A stretch of DNA of 64,000 nucleotides from an uncultured Bacilli bacterium (GTDB lineage Bacteria; Bacillota_I; Bacilli_A; RF39; UBA660): positions 18,088-82,087 of the forward strand of contig CAKOND010000005.1 in the NCBI GenBank assembly GCA_934096945.1, given 5' to 3'. A program made the translations under genes and the position numbers. The notes below the pieces were generated by a model that was given only the letters and a program-made list of their open reading frames with translations, was not told where the DNA came from and searched no databases. Below are positions 9,243-19,814 of the stretch, in pieces. The stretch's first letter is position 1, and every line of letters starts with the position of its first letter.

Positions 9243-10265
9243 CTAAACTATTTTTTTAATATATCTACATTTTGGGTAATTATTGCATCCCATGAAAGGG
9301 CCATATTTTCCACTTCTTTTAACCAATGTTCCTCCACATCTTGGACAAACATCATTAGTTTCAAAATCTTCTTTAGTTTTATCATTTTTTCCACTATTAC
9401 ATCTATCACATAAAGTTTGTAAATTACTCATGATAGTCTTTCCACCTTTGGATACTGGAATAATATGATCAACCTCAAGTTTTGCACCATCCTTCGATGT
9501 TATTCCACATTTTTGACAAGTAAAATTATCTCTTTTTAAAACATTGTATCTGATATCATCATTCATAATTTTTCTTTCTTGCCTTTTAGTTACTTCATAC
9601 TTATTACCATTTTCCCATTCTTTATAAAGTTCTAATAATTCGTAATAATTTCTAAATCCGGTTCTTCTCTCATGAACATTACCGCCATTACTTTTATAAT
9701 ATGCGTCTAAATAAATTTTTATTAAAAAATCTTTTTTAGTATAAATTACCTTTTTCAGCACATTTTTTTCTATTCTTTTGTATGTTTTATCAGAATATTT
9801 AGTATTATTTACTGACTCTTGCTCTAAAATTTTCGCTACATTCTTCTCATACTCATCAAGCAAAGAAATATTGTATATTGAATTTTCAATATCTGTTCTA
9901 AGTCCTTTAATATTATTTTCAATATGATATTTAATGATATCATTACCATTAACTCTATCTAAACTTTTTCTAGAATACTCTCTTTGTATAATATCACGTT
10001 TTTTACATCTTATTTTTTTAAAATTTTTATTAAGTTCTTCAATTTGTTTTATTTTTTCACTATTATCTTTAATATTTTTTTCTCTTTTTTGGGATATTGT
10101 GTTTACTGTTATTAAAGAAATAGATATAGAAAGAATTAACGCAAGCATATTCAAATTTTCATGCATTTTATTATCAGTATTAAAATTTGATAATAAAGAA
10201 AATAATATTAAACACAATAAAAAACTAATCCCCGTTACTAATATAACTTTTTCCCATCTATTCAT
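9243..10265 (-). CDS. membrane-anchored HNH endonuclease with C-terminal topoisomerase-type C4 zinc ribbon
   Basis: Two N-terminal hydrophobic helices. HNH motif DHIIPVSKGGKT..SNLQTLCDRCNSGK. C-terminal CPRCGGTLVKRSGKYGPFMGCNNYPKC. Confidence 0.8.
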   Translation of the reverse strand: MNRWEKVILVTGISFLLCLILFSLLSNFNTDNKMHENLNMLALILSISISLITVNTISQKREKNIKDNSEKIKQIEELNKNFKKIRCKKRDIIQREYSRKSLDRVNGNDIIKYHIENNIKGLRTDIENSIYNISLLDEYEKNVAKILEQESVNNTKYSDKTYKRIEKNVLKKVIYTKKDFLIKIYLDAYYKSNGGNVHERRTGFRNYYELLELYKEWENGNKYEVTKRQERKIMNDDIRYNVLKRDNFTCQKCGITSKDGAKLEVDHIIPVSKGGKTIMSNLQTLCDRCNSGKNDKTKEDFETNDVCPRCGGTLVKRSGKYGPFMGCNNYPKCRYIKKIV

Positions 10266-10328
10266 AAATTACACTTCCTCACAATAATTTTAACAAATAT
10301 TTTAAAAAAAGTAAAACCAAATTTAGCT

Positions 10329-11114
10329 TTACTTATTTGTATTGATTATTATACTTCCAATACCACCATCTATCTTGATGTCATTTACACCTTCACCCAC
10401 TGTTGCATCCTTTGAATAGTCTTCTCCATTAATAGTTATGCTACCAAAACCTTTGCTTGCTTTAATAGTATAATCATTACCATTTAAATCAAGTATTAAT
10501 TCTCCAATACCTTGTTCTATTTTATTATTACCATGTAAACTACCACTAAAATAAAATTTTCCAGCTCCCATGTCTAAATCCAAATCTTCTAGTACTGAAC
10601 TCATAATATTAAGCTCACCTGCTCCACCATCAATATCTGTTTTACCAGAAATTAAATTATTGATAATTACTTTACCTGCTCCTTGATCTAAGTTAAATCT
10701 ACTTGTGTTTATATCACTAATTTCGAGCTTTCCAGCATCAACATCAATACTTAAATCTTTTAAATTATTTGGAATAGTAATTATTACTTTACTAATGCTT
10801 TTGTTTCTAAAAACATTTACACTTTTTTCTTTAATTGTTAAAGTATTACTTTCTTCATTTACTTTAAATCTTTTACTTACATTATCTGCAGTTACATTTA
10901 ATGCATCACCTTTTTTAATAACTAAATTGGATGTCCCCATATCAATTTTAATATTCTTTATTTCACTAGAATAGTTTTCATTCATATTTATGTCATTATT
11001 AACTGAAAATATACTTGATGCAAAGTAAACAACAATATTAATTACGCTTACAATTATAAATATTGCTAAACATATCGCAAAAGCTTTAATTAGTTTTTGA
11101 GTTGTTTCATTCAT
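10329..11114 (-). CDS. DUF4097-like beta-strand repeat protein (membrane anchored)
   Basis: N-terminal TM helix. Repeated D.GAG.l.i units (DAGKLEISD, QGAGKVIINN, GGAGELNIMS, MGAGKFYFSG). Confidence 0.6.
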   Translation of the reverse strand: MNETTQKLIKAFAICLAIFIIVSVINIVVYFASSIFSVNNDINMNENYSSEIKNIKIDMGTSNLVIKKGDALNVTADNVSKRFKVNEESNTLTIKEKSVNVFRNKSISKVIITIPNNLKDLSIDVDAGKLEISDINTSRFNLDQGAGKVIINNLISGKTDIDGGAGELNIMSSVLEDLDLDMGAGKFYFSGSLHGNNKIEQGIGELILDLNGNDYTIKASKGFGSITINGEDYSKDATVGEGVNDIKIDGGIGSIIINTNK

Positions 11115-11800
11115 TTTATTTCAATGCCTCCGAATAAGGCGAAACCATCTACATAAATTGTTTTCTTCGCATTCTTATTTGCTTTTTCATCCATACTTTC
11201 ACTTGTTACTCCGCCGAATATTGGTGTAGATTTAATCTTTACTTCTACATCTTTTGGAACGAGAATTGTTATACCTGCAAAGATAGCACTTGCTTTAATA
11301 TATGTTTCATTTTTTAAATCAGCATCTCTTAAGTCTAATTTAATAGAACCAAAAACAGCATCTAAATTAGCTTTTTCAAATTTTTCTTCAGATTTATTAA
11401 TATTTTGTTCTCCGAATGTCGCAGTTATTACTTCAACATTTGAAAAATCAGCATTATCTATTTTTTCTTTAACATCTGCTTTAATCTTATTTCCAAATAT
11501 TAAAGAAAGACCTATGATAACCACTATAGCTGGTAACAAAATTTCCCATAGAATGTCAAAATCAAATACATCTAAACTACCTAAAAGAAGAAAAATACCA
11601 ATTACTAAACATATCGCAGATGATACTTTTCCATTATTTTTAGGGTTAACTAAAGATATAGCACTTGGCACAATAATAAATAAAGTCCACCAACCATCAA
11701 AGAATATGTTAATGTCTGTTACTCCGGTTCTGTTTAAACCCCAGATAACACCAATAACTATCAAAACAACTCCCCATAAAATACGACTTAAATTTTTCAT
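11111..11800 (-). CDS. LiaF-like cell-wall-active-antibiotic response protein
   Basis: Multi-TM N-terminus and a LiaF/DUF2154-like C-terminus (VFGSIKLDLRDADL...GITILVPKDVEV...FGGIEIK). Overlaps the downstream gene by 4 nt. Confidence 0.6.
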   Translation of the reverse strand: MKNLSRILWGVVLIVIGVIWGLNRTGVTDINIFFDGWWTLFIIVPSAISLVNPKNNGKVSSAICLVIGIFLLLGSLDVFDFDILWEILLPAIVVIIGLSLIFGNKIKADVKEKIDNADFSNVEVITATFGEQNINKSEEKFEKANLDAVFGSIKLDLRDADLKNETYIKASAIFAGITILVPKDVEVKIKSTPIFGGVTSESMDEKANKNAKKTIYVDGFALFGGIEIK

Positions 11801-11823
11801 CTAAACTCACCCTTTCTTAAGTC

Positions 11824-14010
11824 TTAAATATTAATTGGATTAAAATCTATTTCTAATCTAATATCCTTATTCATTATAAACAAATTATCTAGTTCTTTCA
11901 AGTATTTTCTTAAATTATCACATTTTTTATATTTTAATATTATTTGCATTCGGTATTCATTATTAAATTTAAATACTTGCGCAGTTGTTGGTCCTAGAAC
12001 AATTACATCATTTAAATTTTTATCTAAGTAAGTTTTAACTTTCTTGCTGGTTTCTATTGTATTTTGATAATCTTTACCTATTACTTTTAAACTCACTAAA
12101 TAAAAATATGGCGGATATTTAAGTTTTTGCCTAAAGTTCATTTCATGAAGATAAAACTTATCATAACTATTTTCTTGGACACATTTTATCACATAATTAT
12201 CGGGATTAAATGTTTGAATAATAACCTCACCAGGTGATGTGCTTCTACCACTTCGGCCCGCGACTTGATGAAGAAGAGAAAATGTATTTTCACTTGCCTT
12301 AAAATTAGGGATATTTAGTGTAGTATCAGCATTAATAACTCCAACTAGGGTTACTTTAGGAAAATCTAATCCTTTACTAATCATTTGTGTTCCTAGTAAA
12401 ATATTATATTTTTCATTTTTAAAATCTTCAATTATTTTTTCATGAGTGCCTTTATTTCTTGTTGTATCTTGATCCATTCGAACAATACTTGCACTAGGCA
12501 TTAACTCTTTTAATTTTTCTTCCAGTTTTTCGGTTCCAAGTCCATAATAATTTAAAGCCTTTTCATGACACTTTGGACATACATCTTCACAGCGCTTTTG
12601 ATAACCACAATAATGACATATTAAATTATTAGTACTTTTATGATATGTTAGGGTTATATCACACGATGGGCATTTATATGTAAAACCACAATTACTACAT
12701 GTAATAAAGGTTGAAAAGCCTCTTCGATTTAGAAGTAAAATAATTTGTTCATTTTTAGATATTTTTTCTTTCATTTTAGAAATAAGTAGATCACTAAAAA
12801 TCATATTTTTTTTCTTCATTTCATCTTCCATATTTACTACATATATCTTAGGTAAAATGGCACTGCCCACTCTATTTTTTAAAGTAAGTAACGTATAAAC
12901 GCCTTTATCTGCTCTAGCTTTACTATCTAATGATGGCGTTGCACTTGCAAGCACAACAGGAATATTATTATATTTTCCACGGTATATTGCTATATCTCTG
13001 GCATGATATCTTGGATTATTATCTTGTTTATAGCTACTTGCATCTTCTTCATCAATAATTATAATACCTAAATTTTGAAGGGGAGCAAATATAGCACTTC
13101 TGGTGCCTACCACAACATGAACTTCCCCGCGATATATTTTTAAATACTCATCATATTTTTCACCTTCAGATAAAGAACTATGTAAAATAGCAACATCACT
13201 TCCAAAGGCTTCATAAAATCTTTTGGCAATTTGATGTGTCAGGCTAATCTCAGGAACTAACACAATTCCTGTTTTACCTCGATTTATAACTTCTTCGATT
13301 AGCTTTATGTAAACTTCAGTTTTTCCAGAACCAGTTATACCATAAAGTAAGAAAGGTTCATACTTTTCAAAGGAGTCCTTAACTTTTAAAAACACTTTAT
13401 TCTGATCATCAGTAAGTTTTTTTCTTATATTACTCCTTTCTTTATTAATTCGATATTTTTGTACCTTTTCAATATCTAGCACACCATTTCCAAGTAGTGT
13501 TTTAACTAAGGCTAGACTATAATTTTTCTTTAGGACTTTACCTTTTTCTAATAATTCATCTATTATTTTTATTTGACTCTTTCTTTTATTTTGGTAAAGA
13601 TTTTTATATTCTAATGCTTTTTCTTTATCTTTAATAAATATATATTCATCATATAAATCATAATTAGATTTTTGCTTTTTTACTTTTAAACTAGAAGGAA
13701 GCATTGTTTGATAGGCAGTAATTAATGTACATAATGTATTTTCAGATAAATACTTACCTAAATCCATCAGTTCTTTATTTAAAACTAATTTTTCATCCAC
13801 AATGCTTGATATGTACTTAATTTCATATGATACATCTTCTTTTAAAGTATTTAAAATGTCAGTTATGAAACCCACGACTTCTTGATAACCAAACGGAACC
13901 ATTACTTTCATTCCCACTTTAAGATTATCCCATAGAGCATTTGGAATCATGTATATAAATTCTTTATCTAATTTTTTGATGCTATATTCTATAATAACTT
14001 TTGCGTACAT
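11824..14010 (-). CDS. priA: primosomal protein N' (replication restart helicase PriA)
   Basis: GITGSGKTEVY Walker A, IIDEED box, Cys-rich zinc cluster CSNCGF..CPSCD..CHYCGY..CPKC. I prefer the start MYAKVIIEY (GGAGG SD) over the track start at 14064. Confidence 0.9.
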   Translation of the reverse strand: MYAKVIIEYSIKKLDKEFIYMIPNALWDNLKVGMKVMVPFGYQEVVGFITDILNTLKEDVSYEIKYISSIVDEKLVLNKELMDLGKYLSENTLCTLITAYQTMLPSSLKVKKQKSNYDLYDEYIFIKDKEKALEYKNLYQNKRKSQIKIIDELLEKGKVLKKNYSLALVKTLLGNGVLDIEKVQKYRINKERSNIRKKLTDDQNKVFLKVKDSFEKYEPFLLYGITGSGKTEVYIKLIEEVINRGKTGIVLVPEISLTHQIAKRFYEAFGSDVAILHSSLSEGEKYDEYLKIYRGEVHVVVGTRSAIFAPLQNLGIIIIDEEDASSYKQDNNPRYHARDIAIYRGKYNNIPVVLASATPSLDSKARADKGVYTLLTLKNRVGSAILPKIYVVNMEDEMKKKNMIFSDLLISKMKEKISKNEQIILLLNRRGFSTFITCSNCGFTYKCPSCDITLTYHKSTNNLICHYCGYQKRCEDVCPKCHEKALNYYGLGTEKLEEKLKELMPSASIVRMDQDTTRNKGTHEKIIEDFKNEKYNILLGTQMISKGLDFPKVTLVGVINADTTLNIPNFKASENTFSLLHQVAGRSGRSTSPGEVIIQTFNPDNYVIKCVQENSYDKFYLHEMNFRQKLKYPPYFYLVSLKVIGKDYQNTIETSKKVKTYLDKNLNDVIVLGPTTAQVFKFNNEYRMQIILKYKKCDNLRKYLKELDNLFIMNKDIRLEIDFNPINI

Positions 14011-14088
14011 TAAAGCCTCCATGTAATAATATTTTATCATGAGCCACAAATAAAACTCAAGCATTTTTCTACTTGAGCTTGTATTTTT

Positions 14089-14721
14089 TTAACATGATTT
14101 TTTTAATTTTTCTATTTGTTTTTCAAAATCTTTTGACATACAGATAAATGAACCAGAAATTACTCCATCAGCATCTAATACTTTCTTTATTGTTTTATCA
14201 TTGATGCCACCATCTATATAAATCTCAAAGTTATTTTCATCTTTATAAGATAGTAATTCTTTAAGACGGTCTTCTGTTTCTTCTAAAAATTTTTGACCAC
14301 CTTTACCTGGTACAACACTCATTAAAAGAACTCTGTCTACATAAGGAAAGTAATGGGAAAAATCTTTAATACTTTCATCAGGATTTATAGCAATTCCTCT
14401 TTTTACTTCGTGATAAGATAATTCGTTTAATATTCCAAGTGCTCCCGGTTCAGTTTTGGGATGAATATATACACACTCTGGATATAATAAAAGAATTTTA
14501 TCTAGGTATTTACTGGGTCTATTTACCATCATATGAATATCCACTGGCTTGGTATTATCTTTAAATAGTTCTTGTAAATAATCTATATCAAAATTTTTTG
14601 TTCCAGCATAAATGCCATCCATCAAATCAACGTGCACACTATCTGCACTTGTTTCATTAATTAAATCTATTGTTTTTTTTACATCGTATATACTATTTAT
14701 ATAACTTACGGTTATTTTCAT
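14089..14721 (-). CDS. rpe: ribulose-phosphate 3-epimerase family protein
   Basis: VHVDLMDG, DIHMMV, MSVVPGKGGQKF, IDGGIND. Confidence 0.8.
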   Translation of the reverse strand: MKITVSYINSIYDVKKTIDLINETSADSVHVDLMDGIYAGTKNFDIDYLQELFKDNTKPVDIHMMVNRPSKYLDKILLLYPECVYIHPKTEPGALGILNELSYHEVKRGIAINPDESIKDFSHYFPYVDRVLLMSVVPGKGGQKFLEETEDRLKELLSYKDENNFEIYIDGGINDKTIKKVLDADGVISGSFICMSKDFEKQIEKLKKSC

Positions 14722-15547
14722 GGCACTCCTTTATAAATCTGGTATAATTAATGTATCTTGAAGGTAGTATTTCTTCCTTAGTTACTCCATCAATTACTTT
14801 GCACCCTTTTTCTTTTAAATGATTACAATCTTTAAAATCACAACTGTATTTATTAAATTCTAAAAAACTTTTTTTTAATTTTTCACCATCTATATTTTTC
14901 AAGTCTAGAGCTGAAAATCCTGGTGTGTCAACAAAATATATTTTCCCAATTTTGTATATTTCTGTATGTCTGGTAGTATGCACACCACGATTTAAAGCAT
15001 CACTTATTGGTTTAGTTTCTAAATTTAGCTTTTTATCTAATTTGTTAAGTAAACTTGATTTCCCCGCTCCGGTTTGACCAGTTAAAACCACTAGTTTATT
15101 TTTAAGTAATTTCTTTAATTTACTTAAATGTTTATTATCAGTTACTTCAATACCTATTTTTTTATAATATTTTATTAAGTTTTTTAATTCACTCATTTCT
15201 TTTTTATTTAGTAAATCAAGTTTAGTTAAACATATAACTGGTTTAATATTATTTGCTATAATAACACATAATTCTTTATCAAGTAAACTAAGTGATAAAT
15301 CAGGCTTTTTTACACTTGTTACAATTAAGGCTATATCAACATTACTTACAACTGGCCTGTCAAGTTCATTTTTTCGTGGAAGTATTTCTTCAATAGTTAG
15401 AGTTTTCTCATCTATTTTTACTATATCACCCACCAAAGGGGAAAGCCCTAAATTTCTGAACTTTCCCCTGGGGCTACAAATATAATTTCCTTCTTTAGCT
15501 GTAACTGTATACTGGTTACTTATTTGTTTTGTTATTCTACCTTCCAT
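14693..15547 (-). CDS. rsgA: ribosome small-subunit biogenesis GTPase RsgA
   Basis: Start MEGRITKQISNQYTV, G1 motif GQTGAGKSSLLNKL, zinc motif CDFKDCNHLKEKGC. The track start at 15598 would overlap prkC by 62 nt. Confidence 0.9.
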   Translation of the reverse strand: MEGRITKQISNQYTVTAKEGNYICSPRGKFRNLGLSPLVGDIVKIDEKTLTIEEILPRKNELDRPVVSNVDIALIVTSVKKPDLSLSLLDKELCVIIANNIKPVICLTKLDLLNKKEMSELKNLIKYYKKIGIEVTDNKHLSKLKKLLKNKLVVLTGQTGAGKSSLLNKLDKKLNLETKPISDALNRGVHTTRHTEIYKIGKIYFVDTPGFSALDLKNIDGEKLKKSFLEFNKYSCDFKDCNHLKEKGCKVIDGVTKEEILPSRYINYTRFIKECHENNRKLYK

Positions 15548-17297
15548 CGAGTTCACCATCGTCGGGATTTTCTGTATTTCCACTTGGTTCTTTAGCAATT
15601 TTTATTGTAAGTTTTGCTCCACTTACTACGGTTGAACCAGCAGTTCTACTTTGGTAAATAACCGTTCCAACGGCATATTCGGTTGTTTCAACTTCTTTTT
15701 TGGTTAAAACTACTCCATATTCTTCACAAAAATCTTCAACTTCTGATACACTATAATTATCCGCAACAAAATCTGGGTATTTATTGTCAAGTTTTGGAAT
15801 ATATAAAGTTATTGAACTTCCCTCAGAAACTTTTTCACCAGCAGCAACTGATTGCTCAATTATAATTCCTTCTTTGTAGTCATTAGCTTCGTCACTATTT
15901 ATTTCTTTTTTGCTTATAATAACTTGCAACTTTAAGGCTTCAAGTTTGCCTTTAATTTCATTTGCATTTTTTCCTGTATAGTCTTCAATTGTAACTTTAA
16001 CATCACCAAGAGAACGATAGATGATTACTTCTGTTCCTTCTTTTCTTATGCTTCCTATAGCTGGTGACGTTCTTGATACTTTTCCTTCTTCAATATTTTC
16101 ATTGGCTTCTTCTCTTTGTTCATCAGAAACGACAAATCCAGCATCTTGCAAAGCTTTAATGGCATCGGTTACTGTATAATTAGAGACATCTGGTATTGCT
16201 GTTTGTCTAGCTGATGTCATTTTGGGAATAAGTACAACAATGGTGGTTATTATTACTACTAGACCCACAAAAACACTTGCAAGAGTAATAAGCAATTTAT
16301 TTTGGCCATCATTTGCTTCTTTAGTTTTCTTTGCCACTACAACTTCACCACCTTTTTCTTTACTAACATCTTTTTTCTTTTCTGGTTTTATAGTTTTTAA
16401 AAGTTTTGTATCATCATAATCATTTTCAGGATATTTAAATGTTATCTTAAGCTCATTAGCTCTGGATTCATCTAAACAAGTTTTTAAGTCTTCATGCATT
16501 TCTCTAGCATCACTATATCTATTCTTAGGATTTTTTGCTGTTGCTTTTAGAATAATATTTTCAACACTTTGAGGTATATCAGGTATTTCATCTCTGATAC
16601 TTGGCATTGGTTCTTTCAAATGCTTAAGTGCTATTTCTACGGCATTATCTCCGCGGAATGGAAGTTTACCTGTTAAAAGTTCATACATTAAAATGCCAAT
16701 TGAGTATATATCACTTTGAAGTGTTGCACCTTTGCCACTTGCTTGTTCTGGGGGAAGATAATGAACACTTCCCATTACAGAGTTTGTTTGCGTAAGCTGA
16801 GTTGCATTCATTGCTACTGCGATACCAAAGTCTGTTATTTTAATCATTCCATTTTCAAGTATAAGGATATTCTGAGGTTTTATATCTCTATGGATAATGT
16901 AAGAGTCATGAGCAACACTAAGACCATTTGTTATTTGCAGTGTTATATCAATTACTTCAGGAACGGTAAGCTTACCACGTTTTTTAAGAAGGGCTTTTAA
17001 ATGCTTGCCTTCAACGTATTCCATAACGATATAATATTCACCATTATCTTCACCAACATCATAAACTTCCACGATATTGGGATTAGATAGGCTACTTGCT
17101 GATAAAGCTTCTCTTTGGAAACGCCTTACAAATTTTTCATCATTTGCTAAATCGCCACGGAGAACTTTAACTGCTACATTTCGATCTAAAATAGTGTCGT
17201 ATGCTAAATAAACATTTGCCATGCCACCTTCGCCGATGGATTTGATTATTTGGTATCTATCACTAATTTTTTGCCCCTTCATAATCATGCTAATCAT
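15537..17297 (-). CDS. prkC: Ser/Thr protein kinase with PASTA repeats (PrkC/PknB type)
   Basis: GEGGMANVY, VAVKVL, HRDIKPQNIL, DFGIA, a TM segment, and three PASTA-like repeats. Confidence 0.92.
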   Translation of the reverse strand: MISMIMKGQKISDRYQIIKSIGEGGMANVYLAYDTILDRNVAVKVLRGDLANDEKFVRRFQREALSASSLSNPNIVEVYDVGEDNGEYYIVMEYVEGKHLKALLKKRGKLTVPEVIDITLQITNGLSVAHDSYIIHRDIKPQNILILENGMIKITDFGIAVAMNATQLTQTNSVMGSVHYLPPEQASGKGATLQSDIYSIGILMYELLTGKLPFRGDNAVEIALKHLKEPMPSIRDEIPDIPQSVENIILKATAKNPKNRYSDAREMHEDLKTCLDESRANELKITFKYPENDYDDTKLLKTIKPEKKKDVSKEKGGEVVVAKKTKEANDGQNKLLITLASVFVGLVVIITTIVVLIPKMTSARQTAIPDVSNYTVTDAIKALQDAGFVVSDEQREEANENIEEGKVSRTSPAIGSIRKEGTEVIIYRSLGDVKVTIEDYTGKNANEIKGKLEALKLQVIISKKEINSDEANDYKEGIIIEQSVAAGEKVSEGSSITLYIPKLDNKYPDFVADNYSVSEVEDFCEEYGVVLTKKEVETTEYAVGTVIYQSRTAGSTVVSGAKLTIKIAKEPSGNTENPDDGELDGR

Positions 17298-18030
17298 TCC
17301 TTTCTCTAACTAGATATGCAATTGATATATTATCATTTCCCCCTCTTGCATTACATTTTTTTATTAATTTTACTACTTTTTCTTGTACACTTAAGTCATC
17401 TTCGTTTAATACTTTTTCAATTTGTTCATCACTTAGCATTCCTGTTAGGCCATCACTACATAAAAATACTGCGCTACTACCATTATCGACGTCAAAAATG
17501 TCTGGTTCACATTTTTCAGCGGCACCTAAAGCTTTCATTAAAACGTTTTTCTTTGGATGATTTAAAGCCTCTTCAGGGGTTAAATCTCCAGCATCTACCA
17601 GTAAATTAACTAGTGTATGTGGTTTTGTTACTCTATGTAATTTTTTGTTTTTCATAACATAACCAGATGAATCACCAATACTCGCAAATATTAGAAAATC
17701 TTTAGTTACAATGGCGGCTACAACTGTTGTTCCAAGTCCTTTGGAATTTTCATTTTCTTCGCCATAATTAAGAATTTCTTTATTGATTTCTGCAATATTA
17801 TCAGAAAGCCAATTAACAGCATCTATTTTAGTACCTACTTTTGCACTTTCTGTAAATCTTTTACCTAAATGGGCAACAGTTAAGGCACTAGCTACTTCAC
17901 CTTTTCTGTGTCCTCCCATACCATCTGCAACAACGCATAAGTATTCACCACTTATATTTTTTAAAATTGTTACACTATCTTCATTATGTTCTCTAACTCT
18001 TCCCGTATCGGTTAAATAAAACGCTTTCAC
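17290..18030 (-). CDS. stp: PP2C-family Ser/Thr phosphatase (Stp/PrpC)
   Basis: REHNEDS, ADGMGGH, CSDGLTG, GGNDNIS. Confidence 0.9.
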   Translation of the reverse strand: MKAFYLTDTGRVREHNEDSVTILKNISGEYLCVVADGMGGHRKGEVASALTVAHLGKRFTESAKVGTKIDAVNWLSDNIAEINKEILNYGEENENSKGLGTTVVAAIVTKDFLIFASIGDSSGYVMKNKKLHRVTKPHTLVNLLVDAGDLTPEEALNHPKKNVLMKALGAAEKCEPDIFDVDNGSSAVFLCSDGLTGMLSDEQIEKVLNEDDLSVQEKVVKLIKKCNARGGNDNISIAYLVRERND

Positions 18031-18032
18031 TT

Positions 18033-19049
18033 TTAATCACTCTCGCTTCTTAACTGCCCACATGCAGCTTTAATGTTTCCGCCAAACTCACGTCTAACAG
18101 TTACATTTATACCACTTTGTTTAAGTGTTTCATAAAATATATCTATTCTTTTTTTATCGCTTTTGGCAAAATCTATATTATTTGTTTCATTATATGGTAT
18201 CAAATTTACATATACATTCATTCCACGTAATAATTTTGCAAGCTCTATGGCATCTTCTTTTTTATCATTAACCATATTAAGCATAACATATTCTATAGTC
18301 ACTCGTCTATTAGTTTTTGCAATATAGTCCTTAAGAGCATGTATAACTGTGTCAACATTATACGCTTTATTAATAGGCATAATCTTATTTCTAATTTCAT
18401 CAGATGGGGCATGAAGTGATAAAGCTAAGTTAACTTGTAAATCTAAATCACTAAATTCTTTAATTTTTGGCACTAATCCACAGGTAGATACCGTAATATG
18501 TCTTGCTCCAATAGCTAGGCCTTTAGCATCATTTATGATTTTAATAAATTTAATAATATTATCATAATTATCAAAAGGCTCACCAATACCCATCATTACG
18601 ACACTATCAATTCTTTTACCAATGTATTGTTCGATAAGTAAAATTTGTTCTACGATTTCATAAGTTTCTAAGTTTCTCACCTTTTTAAGTCTTCCAGACT
18701 CACAAAAACGGCATCCCATATTACAACCAACTTGACTTGAAACACAAACTGATAAACCATAATCATGTTCCATCAAAACTGCTTCAATCTTTTCATCATC
18801 TAAAAGCCTAAATAAAAACTTTTTTACTAAAGGTCCTTCTTCTACAACTTCTATTTTAATAAAATCTGTATTAAAATCTTCACTTAATTTATTTTGAATA
18901 TCTTTTTTTATATTACTAAACTCATTTATATTCCACTTTTTTTGAATATATAACCATTCAAAAACTTGAGTTGCTTTAAATTTTTTCTCACCTATACTTA
19001 GAAAATACTCTTCTAAATCTTCGCGTGTTAAATCAAATATATTTTTCAT
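18033..19049 (-). CDS. rlmN: 23S rRNA/tRNA A2503/A37 methyltransferase RlmN (radical SAM)
   Basis: GCNMGCRFCESG (CxxxCxxC), MGIGEP, C-terminal ACGQL. Confidence 0.9.
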   Translation of the reverse strand: MKNIFDLTREDLEEYFLSIGEKKFKATQVFEWLYIQKKWNINEFSNIKKDIQNKLSEDFNTDFIKIEVVEEGPLVKKFLFRLLDDEKIEAVLMEHDYGLSVCVSSQVGCNMGCRFCESGRLKKVRNLETYEIVEQILLIEQYIGKRIDSVVMMGIGEPFDNYDNIIKFIKIINDAKGLAIGARHITVSTCGLVPKIKEFSDLDLQVNLALSLHAPSDEIRNKIMPINKAYNVDTVIHALKDYIAKTNRRVTIEYVMLNMVNDKKEDAIELAKLLRGMNVYVNLIPYNETNNIDFAKSDKKRIDIFYETLKQSGINVTVRREFGGNIKAACGQLRSESD

Positions 19050-19053
19050 ATTA

Positions 19054-19797
19054 TCACCTATTTTTCTTAGATAACGTTCTAACTAATTTTAAATTACCAT
19101 AATCTTTATATTTTTCATAATATTCATGTTCAAACATTATTTTCTTAAATGAAACATTACTTATTTCTTCTTCTACTTTCTTTTCTTCCTCTTCTTTTGT
19201 CTTTATAAATTCTGGTGTCATTTTTTTATTTTCATCAGAATATTCTTTTACATAACTACCTAAAGTTAATATTTCACTTAATACAAGAGGAATAAACAAA
19301 ACACTAAATAACTTTATCTCATTTAATTCATTCATTTTAATTGCTAAACTTGTTCCTAAATAATTTAAAAATGTTTTGTCTACTAGAAGGTATGATAAAG
19401 AAATAACGATGCCAGCAACCCACATTTTTACCTTTCCAAGCATGTTCGACTTAATGTTCATCCCTTTGTTATATTTAACACTTTGGACATAAGCAATACC
19501 TAGTTCAAAAATAATAGGAATAATTGCAAGCGGGGAGATTTTCATAAGTAGAATCATATTTATAACTAGAAATGCTTTGTCACTTAAAGCATCAAATAAA
19601 CTACCAAAAAAGGTAGAAGATTTTAATTCACGAGCCATTAAACCATCAATACAATCAGTTAGAAAACAACTGGCAGAAAGCATAAATGTTGTAAATCCCC
19701 CATAGATTTTATAAACTGGAATAAGAGCAAAAATTCCAATTACTCTTAGTAATGTTACAAAATTCGTAATTAAAAAGTTAAATTTTTTCTTATTCAT
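19054..19797 (-). CDS. CDP-alcohol phosphatidyltransferase family protein
   Basis: DCIDGLMARELKSSTFFGSLFDALSDK matches D..DG..AR...G...D...D. Multi-TM. Confidence 0.8.
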   Translation of the reverse strand: MNKKKFNFLITNFVTLLRVIGIFALIPVYKIYGGFTTFMLSASCFLTDCIDGLMARELKSSTFFGSLFDALSDKAFLVINMILLMKISPLAIIPIIFELGIAYVQSVKYNKGMNIKSNMLGKVKMWVAGIVISLSYLLVDKTFLNYLGTSLAIKMNELNEIKLFSVLFIPLVLSEILTLGSYVKEYSDENKKMTPEFIKTKEEEEKKVEEEISNVSFKKIMFEHEYYEKYKDYGNLKLVRTLSKKNR

Positions 19798-19814
19798 AGA
19801 CTTTCCTCACAAAT

